Assembly: GCA_028534125.1 (NCBI GenBank)
Contig: CM052816.1
Span: 37,946,001-38,010,000, forward strand
DNA length: 64,000 nt
Direction of reading: 5' to 3'
DNA from: Lama glama
Taxonomy: Eukaryota
Shown here: positions 52,912 to 64,000 of the stretch, piece by piece
Numbering within the stretch: the first letter of the stretch is position 1
Layout: each line of letters opens with the position of its first letter
Notes under the pieces: model-generated
Told to the model about the DNA's origin: nothing
The model's input: only the letters and a program-made list of their open reading frames with translations
Database searches by the model: none
Made by a program: the position numbers and the translations under genes

Positions 52912-54958
52912 GAAGAGGTTGGCCAAGATGGTTCAGTAGAAGGACCATGTGCTCACCTCCTTTCACGAGCACACCAAAATCACAACAAATGCAGAACGAC
53001 CACTGATATAAAGACTGAATCTACCAGAAAAGATTTTCTACAACTAAAGATATATTTTTTTTAAATGAACCACAGTGAGACAGGATCAGTGGACTCACAC
53101 CATAATCAAGTACCCATATGTGGGCAACCCACAAATGAGAGTATAATTATATTGCAGAGCTTCTCCCACAGGAGTGAGAGATTGTTTTGTTTTGTTTTGT
53201 TTTGTTTTGTTTTGTTTTTAATTGATGTACAGTCAATTACAATGTGTCTATCTCTGGTGTACAGCTCAATATCCCAGTCATGTGGAGTGAGAGGTCTGAC
53301 CCCTACATCTGGCTCCCTAACCCAGGGGTCCTGCACCAGAAAGATGAGCCCCTAGAGCATTTGACTTTGAAGGCCAATAGGGCTTAATTTTAGGAGTCCC
53401 AAAGGACTGGTGGAAATAGAGACTTCACTCTTAAAGGATGCACACAAAATCTCATATGCAACAGGACTCAGGGCAAGAGCAGTAATCTGATATAAACCTG
53501 GGTCAGATGCTGGTCTTAGAAAGTTCCCCAGAAAGGCAGGGAAGTAGCTATGGATAACCCTGGGGATACAGACACTAGTGGCAGACATTCTTGGGAGCTC
53601 CTTCTATCACATGGACTCTGATGTACTCTGGTGCTGACAGATGCCCTTGTGGTGCCTTCCCTCCAGGTTATTAGAGCCAAGACTTGATCCCACTCAACAG
53701 CCTACAGGAACCAGTGCTGGGTTACCTTAGGCCAAGCAGCTAACTGTGCAGGGACACAGCCCATCAAAAAGTTTGCTGCTTAAAAACTTCCTGGGCCCAC
53801 TGTCACCTCTAGACACAACTATAGAAACAGAGCTGCCCACCAGAGGCCTAAGACCCAGCTCCACCCACCAGTGGGCAGGCACTGGCCCTGCCCTCCAGGA
53901 AGCCTGCTCTAGCCTCTGGACCAGCCCTACCCACTAAGCAACAGACACCACACACAAAAACACACAATCCCACAGTTTGAAAACCCAGCCTGTCCACAAC
54001 AGGCCAGACCCTAACCTCAGATCAGTTGGATCCCAGCCCTGCCCACTAGCAAGCCAGTGCAAGCGTCAGGACATACAGGATCCCACACCCAACTGTATCA
54101 GGAACTATCTTCCCCCAACCCCAGCAATCCAACACCAGTTCTGGGATCATTGGGTCCTGCAGCCAGACTCCAGATGGCTCTGCCCATCCGTAGTCTGGCA
54201 CTAACTCCAGAAAGTGGCTTCACCCACCAAAGGGTGGGTAACAGCCCCAGAGTTTTCTGTACCCTGACTCTGCCCAGCAGTGAGGCAGAATTAGCCCCAG
54301 GGCCCCTTGGGGCTCTGTTGTCAGCTGCCTCATGACCAGACCCCACCAACCAGAATCTAGCAGGCTGTGCACAATGCAGCACTGACAGCATTGACAGATG
54401 ACTGGATAAAGAAGTTGTGGTATATTTATACAAGGGAATACTACTCAGCCATAAAAATAATAGTACAATGTAAAATAATAAAAATAATAAAATAATGCCA
54501 TTTGCAGCAACAAGGGTGGACCTGAAGACTGTCATACTAAGTGAAGTAAGCCAGACAGAGAAAGGCAAACATCATATGATATTACTTATGTGTGGAATCT
54601 TAAAAAGTGATATAAGTAAATTTACTTACAAAATAGAAGCATACTCACACACATAGAAAAGAAATTTATGGTTAACAAAGAGGAAAGGAAACTAGGGATA
54701 AATTAGGAATTTGGGATTAATACATATATACAGTACTGTGTATAAAATAGATAAACAACAAGGACCTACTTTGTAACACAGGTAACTATATTCAATATCT
54801 TATAATGATTTGTAATGGTAAATAATCTGAAAAAGAATATATATTTATGTGTGTGTGTGTATATATATATATACATGTATATGTATAAATGAATCATTTT
54901 GCTGTATACATGAAACTAATACAACACTTTAACTTAAAAAAATTTAATTCTAGGAAAA
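52912..54958 (+). mobile_element. TSD-flanked L1 with 5'UTR fused to 3' end (ORF1 and nearly all ORF2 absent)
   Basis: Starts 'gaagaggttggccaagatgg' (L1 5' terminus), GC-richer UTR to ~54388, then 'cattgacagatgactggataaagaag...' L1 3' end. TSD aaatctagtatata (52898-52911) / aaatccagtacata (54959-54972). Confidence 0.85.
53181..53283 (-). mobile_element. Very short antisense L1 3' end nested in the L1 5'UTR
   Basis: (TTTTG)n tail plus 'ttaattgatgtacagtcaattacaatgtgtc'. Perfect 10-bp TSD ggagtgagag at 53171-53180 and 53284-53293. Confidence 0.9.
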
Positions 54959-55661
54959 AAATCCAGTACATAAATATGAGATTTTATTTTATGCTATTAA
55001 CTGGCTTTTCTGCTGATATTTCCTGTTCACCATAATCTTTCTCTATTTTAACACAAAATTTATGTCAGTCTTTGCTTTGTAGTAGGGATATGATAGAAGA
55101 AAGGCAGAGTTATAAAGGAGTCAATTTTTGACTTCTGAATTATGAAACTCATACCAGGAAAATAATAGTTTAATAGAAAAGTAGAAATCTGTTTATATTT
55201 TAGAAAGATACAATGGATATCCCAGATACATTAAGATATTCAAAAGCAGAGAGGGATTGTGCCCCATTTCCCACATAATGCCTAAATGATGAATACAACA
55301 TCACAGGACGTTCTTGAGTCCTGTATAGAAAAAGTGAATAAGCCTGAGTTAGGATCACAGAGCTTTCACTCATTCTGACATGGTATTGAGAAAAGTAGAG
55401 TATCTTGAGGAGTAGAATGCCTTTGCCTTTCTGGACTAGCACAAAATTGGCAAAGTTTGGCACAGACAACCATATCAGGTTTTTCATAGCCATAAAGGAA
55501 TACAGGAAGAGGCTCAGGAGTAGTGAAGAGAGCCAGACTCCAATCCGCACTGAATCAACAAAGAACAACATCAAAGTTCCCTGAATAAATTGATAATGGA
55601 GGGCAAGATTGGAGGACATGCACCCCAGATAATGTTAGTTTTGATATATGATGACAATAAC

Positions 55662-55712
55662 TTAAGTTATATCATTAAGTTATATCATTACAATTAAGTT
55701 ATATCATTACAA
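55662..55712. repeat. Short tandem repeat of ttaagttatatca(ttacaa), ~3 copies
   Basis: ttaagttatatca-ttaagttatatcattacaa-ttaagttatatcattacaa. Confidence 0.85.
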
Positions 55713-58700
55713 CACTCCAATGGATCTTAAGCCATCTACCCAAAATGAAGTTAGAATTGAAGTAACTGAGATTTAGTTTTGCCATAATATAATGCAACCT
55801 CTAAAATGAATATTATCTTAGTTACTACAAAAGAAAACAGTTACTTCTTGTATACCCAAGGGTGTAGAATGAAATTTTTTACATATTGCATATGTTATAA
55901 AAGTATTTTTACATCTGTGGTAAAATTACAGCTAAACATAAAATCCTTTATTTTAATATAGTATCCCTTAGGAAAAAAAACTTCTTTAACAGTTAACTTC
56001 ACTAAAGATGTGTCTTTTAAATCAGCCTGCAGATACTTGTTTTCCTTTTGGATACAGATGCCAGAAGATTGAATCATGATATAATTACAGAGGGTAAGAC
56101 ATAAAAGTTCCAGTTCCTTATTAACGATGGAGGTGGAAATGCTGCATTTCAATACCTCCTGGTAAGATATTCAAATGCTACCCATTCTGGTAATTGGATA
56201 GCAAATACACTCTGTAAAAGAACACTATTCCTACTCCAATATACCTATCAATTTGGGAACCAATGCTCTTTTCTCCTGATAAATCATAGGAAATAGTATT
56301 AACCTGTAAGTCATCTCATATCTTCTGGAAATAAGTAAGAAAAAGATTATTATTAAACATAAATTATCACCAGGAGAGATACTACCCTTTGTATTTAAGT
56401 TCCCTAAGCCTCTCTTTTCTGATCTCTTTTGTTCTTAAGAACAATCATTGATGTTCATTTCAGTCTGATTTAGTTTGTCTAAACACATCTTAAGAAAGAA
56501 TATGAGTACATATTGTGCTTTATGAAGGACTTCTATCAGTTTACTGCAGAAAGTTACACTTTTAAATTTGCAATCATTTAATAACCCATAGGAAACATTG
56601 GGGTTTGTGTGTGTGGCTTTCATAAAACAAACAAACCAACAAACAATACAAAACCTGCCTTCAAGCTTCACACAACATCTTCTAACTCAAATTTGAACTT
56701 TTCCTGTAAGGAAAGAGTCATTCATAAAGATGTAGTCCTTAAAGGCTCTTATCATTGATTGGATACATGTCAACTTTGTTCAACTGCGTTCTTTGAACTA
56801 GCAGGAAGATGTTTGTGTATTTTTTGTATTATTTTGTCCAGTTGCACTCTTTAGACTATGGCAATCCTCTGTCCTTTATCATAAAAATTACATATTTCCT
56901 ACTCATCTATCAGTTATCAGCCTATACCAAATGAAAAGAGGGCATCCCCTAAAATTTATAAAAGAAGTGTAACTTTAATCTTAATGAGGTTGTTGTTGTT
57001 TCTGTTGTTTTATAGTCAGAATGATGGAGGACAATGAATAAATCTTTGTTTTCTTAGAGGAATAAGTACTACACTCATTAACTGGAAGTTATCTTTTCTT
57101 GAATTAATCTGATATTTTGCATCAATGTAAAACTGAAAGACTGCCTGAGCTATAAAATTTTCACACTTTGATTCATACTTACCTTTAAAATATTCATTTA
57201 TAGACTATATTTCATGTTATTTTGAAAAAAGAAAATTCAGGTATATATGATAATGTGATACAAGACTAAGCAGGTCTCACGTAGGAAAGGAATATTCACA
57301 CAAAATTTAGTAAAAATATGCCTTCTCACCAGAACATGCACATTGTTATTGAGTGATTTATTAATTTCATCCCCTAAGGTGAAGGCCAACCTTCCAAAGT
57401 ATTCTATATCTCTGCCACCATCTTATGCAATTTTTATACTTTGCACTTGGGTATTTGAGTTTCCTGAAAAATCCAGACAATGGAAAAAAATAAATAGAAG
57501 AAAAATCAACTATAATCCAACTCTGAACAACTCTTTCTGCATTCATTGCTGCCCGATTCATCTGGGATGAAAAAGAAAGGAGAGAGAGAAATGACTATGA
57601 GAGGAAGAAGTGGACAAGGATGATCAAGAGTGATTAGAAGCAGAAGAGTAAAACTTAACCTACCAATAATTTTAACAGAGAAAATTACCTCCATATTTAT
57701 AATTAAACATCTGTTTGTTGTCAGTTAAGGAAACACAACATATACATTTTGTGAGTTTTTATAGAAAATTAATGTGAGTAACATCAAGTGTAAACAGGTA
57801 GAAAAGAGGCTCACTAAAGAGCCTTCTATCCTTTTCTGGAATGGCATTCCCCCTAATTGATGTGAATAACAATCCCCATCTCATTGTTCCCCCTCCCTCT
57901 GTCATCCCCCCTCCAGCCAAAGAATGGGAGAATACATAGTGTGGTAAATACTCCTGCAGGCACCATACTGCATAAATTACTATAGGCAAGTAAGTGGTTA
58001 AACAGAAGGTTTTCATCAGGGAAACAGCAAAGGAAAAGACTTAGAAATGGAGGGAAAAGGGGACTAGGAAAGAAAGTCTAGCCTAAGACTGGGTTTGGTA
58101 AGCAAACTCCTTGGACCAATGGGGAAACAGAGTCAGTAGAAGTTCTAACTAGCTTTAGCTAGTTTGAGGTAGGCTTTTCTCCTTGTTACTGAAAGGGTTC
58201 TTTCTAAAGGAAAGTGAAAATCATGGCCTTAATCAAGTCAGAAGGATTTGGGCACTTGATATGTTTGAGAAATAGAATTTGATACCAAATATCATTTAAA
58301 AATTTCAACAAGATTAAACAAGTTATAACATGTAAAGTGTTTAGAATAGGGTCTGGCACAGAATAAATAGTCAATTAAGACTTGAGGGAAACGTACTACC
58401 ATACACAACTTTACTCTGAGTCACTCCTTTGCCTTAAGTAAAAAATGTCATATGTGTATAATTATAATAAAAGAAAAATTATCTTCCACTTTCTTAAGGA
58501 TAAGATTTAAAACAAAATAGTTTGTACAATGCTTGCCATTTATGATTAAAAGCAAGTTCATTTCCTCATACTGTCATCAATTGCGGTTTCCTTGCTCCCT
58601 TAAATCAATCCACATATAAGCTAAACAATTCAAGAAACTCTGCAGAACTTGAAGCAAAAGGACAGCCTTAAAATAAATGAAGTTTATTGTATATAATCTT

Positions 58701-60552
58701 ATAACAAAGTATTTAAATTCCTTTGAGATGACTGGCTGATGAATCACTTTAGTATCAATTTTCTTTGTAATATAACTATGCTATCATTACTGAAGAGTAT
58801 TATTGAGCTGAAAGTCCATGTATTATCTGTGTGTGTGTGTGTGTATGTGTGTATGTGATGATCTTTTGATTAATAACAAACAGACCTCTGCAGTGAAAAT
58901 ATTTTATAATTATCTTATAATTTAATAGGTAAGAAATATGAAAAGGCATATTCCACAAGCTACAAATTAGTGAATCTGATGTTTTGGATCTCATGATAGG
59001 ATTCCAAAGAGAAATACTGAAAGGATTTTTAATGTACATTCAAAAAAATTAGCATATTGTTATCAATAATAAAAATTATCATACAAATGTACTTGTATTT
59101 TTTTAATAACCTGATATTTTAGGGTACTGTTTTAATTAGTTTAACTATAGTTCAGCAAGGCATGTTATCTTTGTTTCCAAGTACTAACATAAAAGTTTTA
59201 CTGGACTTTTTCAATGGCTTTCATCTAAATTTGTTACCTCCAGGACCTAGCACATTACCTGGCTGAAATATTAAATCTTTGCTATCAATAAATAAAATCA
59301 AAATTTAACAAATCAATAAACAATAGAGACTAAAAAAAATAATCTAAAAGCAATGAATAGCAGACTGAAGAACACAAAATAATGAATAAATGATTTGGAA
59401 GACAGAATAATGGAAATCATCCAATCTGAACACCAGACAGAAAAACAAACAAACAAAAATTATGAAAGTAATACATGAGATCAATGTAATAATAAAAAAA
59501 ATGCGTCAATTTGTGCATAATAAGGGTTCCAGAAGGAGAAGAGAGAGGGAAGATGATTGGAGATGTATCTGAAGAAATTATAGCTGAAAACTTCCCAAAC
59601 TTACAGAAGGAAGTGAATATTCAGATACAGGAAACACAGTGTCCCAAACAAGATGAACCTAAAGAGACTCACACTAAGACATATCATAATTAAAATGACA
59701 AAAATTACACATAAAGAGAGGATTCTAAAGGCAGCAAGAGAAAAACAAAGAGTTAAATACCAGGGAACTCCTATAAGGCTACAGAAATTTTGCAGACCAG
59801 AATGGAGTGACATGGTATACACAAAGTCTTGAAAAAGAAAACCTGCAACCTAAGATATTCGACCCAGCAAGATTATCATTTAGATAGAAAGAGAGATAAA
59901 GGATTTCTCAGACAGGCAAAAACTGAAAGAATATAGCAACACTAAACCTATCTTAAAAGAAACACTGAAAGATCTTCTCTAAATAGAAACAGAACAAGTA
60001 TCCATAGGAAGGGAAAATCACAAGAGGAAAGGCAAATATACAAAAGGACTGAACATCACTTAAATAAGCCACTACACTGAATATAAAACACTCAAACATT
60101 TTGTGAAAAAGCAACTATAACTACAATTAACAGCAAAAGGATAAACATGAAGATGCAAAATAGGACATCAAAATCATAAAATGTTGGATAGGCAAGTATA
60201 AAGATGTAGACCTTTTACAGTACGGGTTTGAACTTACATGACTATCAGTTTCAAGTAACTAGATGTAGTTCTGGGTCAACATAGTTGAAAACCAGGGTAG
60301 CCACAAGTCAAAGTCAAACAATAGATTCACAAAAACAAAAAACAAACGAAGTCAAGCATAATACAAAAAAAAAAAAATCAAACCACAAAAGGAAAAAACA
60401 AAAAGAAATAAACAACAGAGAATTACAAAATCAACTAGAAAACCAGGTTTAATGGCAATAAGCAATCCCTATCAATAATTATTTTAAAAGTCAATGGACG
60501 AAATACTCCAATCAAGACACAGAGTGGCAGATTGGATAAAAAAACAAGAACT

Positions 60553-60707
60553 AGAGGTAGGGTATAGGTCAAGTGGCAGAGCACATGCTTAGCATGTACA
60601 AGGTCCTAGGTTCAATCCTCAGTACCTCCTCTAAAAAATAAATAAATAAACCTAATTACCTCCCCCTGAAAATACATACATAATTAAGTAAATATATTTT
60701 AAATTAA
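60553..60707 (+). mobile_element. tRNA-derived SINE (Vic-1-like, camelid) inserted in L1 ORF2
   Basis: A-box-like 'tataggtcaagtgg', B-box 'ggttcaatcc', tail 'aaataaataaataaacctaattacctccccc'. TSD aaaaaaacaagaact at ~60538-60552 and ~60708-60722. Confidence 0.88.
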
Positions 60708-63019
60708 AAAAAAACAAGAACTTACAATATGCTGCCTATAGTAGACCCACTTCAGGGTGAAAGACAGACACAAATTGAAACTGAGGAGATGGAAAAAGAT
60801 ATTTCATGCAAATGAAAACTACAAGGAAGTGATAGTAGCAATACTCATATTTGACAAAATAGACTTTAAAACCAAAAGATTGATGAGGAAGCAATACTCC
60901 TAAATTCATTCTACAAAGCCACCATCACCCTAATACAAAAACCAGACAGAAAAACTACAAAAAAAGAAAATTACAGGCCAATACTTTGATGAATATATAT
61001 GCAAAATCCTCAACAAAACATGAGGAACTTTGATCCAAAATATATACAAGAGGGATCATATATGTTGATCAAGTTGGATTCATTCTAGTGTTGCAAGAAT
61101 GGTTCAACATATGAAAATCAATCTATGTAATACACCATATTAACAAAAGGAAAGACAAAAACCATATGATCATCTCAATAGATGCTGAAAAAGCATTTTA
61201 CAAAATTCAACATCCATTCATTATAAAAACTCTCACCAAAGTGGGTATAGAGGGAACATACCTCAACATGATAAAGGTCTTTTACAACAAAAATACAGCT
61301 GACATAAATGGTGAAAAGCTGAAAGGTTTCCACTAGATTCAGGAATAAGACAAGGATGCCCACTCTCACCACTTGCATTTAAAATAGTATTGAAAGTCCT
61401 AGCCATAGTAATCAGATAAGAAAAAAAAAAATCAAATGTATCCAAATTGGAACAGAAGATGTAAATCCGTCTATATTTACAAAAGACATGATACTCTCTA
61501 TAGAGAACCCTAAAGACTTCACACAAAAACTGTTAGAACTAATAAATGAATTCGGCAAGGTAGTAAGATACAAAATTAATATTCAGAAATCTATTACATT
61601 TCTTTACACTAACAATGAAATATCAGAAAGAGAAAGTTAAAAAAAATTTAAAGGCATGTCAAAAAGAATAAAATACCTAGGAACAATCTTAATCAAGGAT
61701 GTGAAAGATCTATATACAGTGAAAACTATAAAACACTGATAAAGGAAATTGAAGATGATTCAAAGAAATGGAAAGAGACCCTATACTCTTGGACTGGTAG
61801 ACATTATTTAAATGGCCCTATTTCCCAAAGCAACCTACAGGTTCAATGTGACCCCCATCAAAATACCCATGATATTTTTTCACAAAACTAGGACAAATAA
61901 TTCTAAAACTTATATGGAACAACAAAAGGGCCAGAATTGCCAAAGCAATTCTGAGGAAAAAGAACAAAGCTGGAGGCATAACGCTTCCTGACCTTAGACT
62001 ATACTACAGGGCTACAATAATTGAAACAGCATGGTTTTGGCACAAAAATAGACATGTAGATCAATGAATAAAACAGACCAGAAATAAACCCACTTACCTA
62101 TGGTCAATTAATCTACAACAAAGGAGGCAAGAATATACAATGGAGAAAAGACAGTCTCTTCAACAAATAATGTTGGGAAAACTGGACAGCTACTTGTAAA
62201 TCAATGATATTAGAAAACTCCCTCACTTCATATACAGAAATGAACTCAAAATGGTTTAAAGACCTAAATGTAAGACATGACACCTCAAAACTCATATCAG
62301 AGCAAATAGGCAAAACATTCTTGGACAGATCAGGTATTTTCTTAGATCAGTCTCCTAAAGCAAAAGAAATAAAAGCAAAAATAAATAGATGGGGTCTAAT
62401 CAAACTTAAAAACTTTTGTTGTGTAAAGGAAACCATAAACAAAATGGAAAGACAACCTAAGGAATGGGAGAAAATATCTGCAAACTATGCAACTGACAAG
62501 GTGTTAATTACCAAATGTGCAAACACATCAATATAAAAAAAATCAAAAAATAGGTGAAAGATCTAAATAGACATTTCTCTAAAGAAGACACACAGGTGGC
62601 CAACAGGCACAAGAATAAAATGTTCAATGTTGCTAATTATTAGAGAAATGAAAATCAAAACCACAGTGAGGTATCATCTCACATGGGTCAGGATGCATAT
62701 CATCAAAAGTTCATAAATTATAAATGCCAGAGAGGGTGTGGAGAAAAGGGAATCCTCCTACACTGTTAGTAGAAATTGATGCAGCCACTATGGAAAACAG
62801 TGTGGAAGTTCCTTAAAAAACTGAAAATAGAGTTGTCACATGATCCAGCAATCCTGCTCCTGGGCATATGTCCAGACAACTGTAATTCAATGAAAACTCT
62901 AATTTGAAAAGATATGTGTACCCCAGTGTTCAGAGCAGCACTAGATATAATAGCCAAGACTTGGAAACAACCCAAATGCCCATCAACAGACAACTGGTTT
63001 AAGATGATGTGGTATATAA

Positions 63020-63022
<3 letters not shown>

Positions 63023-63055
<33 letters not shown>

Positions 63056-63058
63056 GTG
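63023..63058. repeat. (TG)n microsatellite inside L1
   Basis: Direct reading; explains the VCVC/HTHT ORFs. Confidence 0.95.
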
Positions 63059-64000
63059 CACGCATATACAATGGAATATTACTCAGCCATAAAAATGAGT
63101 ATCTCTATTTGCAGCAAAATTGATGGAACTATGGAATGTCATACTAAGTGAAGGAAGTCAGACAAAGACAAATATCATATAATATCACTTATATGTGTAC
63201 CTAAAGAACTAATTTATACACAAAGTAGAAACAGACTCACAAACATAGAAAACAAACTTATGGGGAAAGTGAGGTGGGAGGAATAAATTTGGAGTATGGG
63301 ATTAATTAATATACACTACTATATTCAAGATAGATAAATTGCAAGGATTTACTGTATACCAAAGAGAACTATATTCAGTATCTTTTAATAACCTGTAATG
63401 GAAAATAACCTGAAAAATATATATATGTATAACTGAACACTTTGCTGTACAGCTGAAACTAACTCTATTATAAATCAACTATACTTCAATAAATAAATAA
63501 AATAAATACTAATATCTAATCATTTCTAAAATTGTCATAATATCAAAACATTTAGTCAGGATTATATATATAATACATTTACAAAATATAGACAACATAT
63601 TAAGATTTATCCTTTCTTAAATATACATTAAATAAATCTTAATATGATGAGAAAGAACACTACAAAAATTATCTGTGGTTATCTTTATCACACTTCTTAA
63701 GTCTGTTCTTGGTCAAACATTCAGGCACATGCATATATATCTCATTTTATTAGTGAACACTGTTGAAGGCCCATATCTAAAACAAACTTTGAACAAATCT
63801 GATACAAAAAGATGCCATTACAGGAAGCCAAAAATATCTAGAAGTTAGAACTCATGAATGTTACTGACTCTACATAGGAACACATTATATATGAATAGAG
63901 GTCAAATACAATTGGATTAGCACACAGGAGTCATTATGTTATAATCATGTTAAACTAATCTTTTCCCAAGATGTACTATAGAATCACATCCTCAGAAACA

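Larger units (their letters stand above)
59315..63507 (+). mobile_element. 5'-truncated L1: decayed ORF1 (~59340-59980), ORF2 with internal deletion (~60450-63140), 3'UTR and A-rich tail
   Basis: ORF 59511-59693 IRVPEGEER...EEIIAENFPNL is ORF1. 'atgatcatctcaatagatgctgaaaaagcattt', 'agacaaggatgcccactctcacc' and 'aaagacatgatactctctatagagaaccc' are RT motifs. ORF 62914-63123 [23 protein letters not shown] is the ORF2 C-terminus. Confidence 0.95.

Noticed and set aside
54098..54568. 156-aa minus-strand ORF
   Set aside because: Antisense reading across the L1 3'/5'UTR junction; typical L1 antisense text (MPFSVWLTSLSM).
55895..56330. Exon-like unique sequence on the minus strand
   Set aside because: All frames are interrupted, no recognisable protein, and donor sites are weak.
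60553..60630. tRNA-like sequence
   Set aside because: Head of a SINE with tail and TSD, not a tRNA gene.

Overview
This is AT-rich, CpG-depleted mammalian genomic DNA, not prokaryotic. It is most likely from a camelid: a tRNA-derived SINE at 60553-60707 resembles the camelid Vic-1 family, and the young L1 3' ends are of a cetartiodactyl type. Decayed interspersed repeats dominate: many LINE-1 pieces of different ages, an ERVL internal fossil (pro/pol, minus strand, ~5.0-7.4 kb), solo ERVL/MaLR LTRs (MLT1, MLT2, LTR16/LTR33-like), hAT-Charlie elements (MER3-like), L2/MIR remnants and microsatellites. There is one 500-N assembly gap. I can identify no protein-coding host gene; nearly all ORF-track entries are repeat-derived or chance ORFs. 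The best-supported unusual structure is a TSD-flanked L1 whose 5'UTR is joined directly to its 3' end, with ORF1 and nearly all of ORF2 missing (52912-54958). Several nested insertions have readable target-site duplications. Unique-sequence segments with splice signals could be exons of an unannotated minus-strand transcript and a plus-strand non-coding transcript, but these are speculative. Repeat family names come from recalled consensus similarity, not from a database search, and boundaries are approximate unless a TSD is cited. I found no convincing new biological system.
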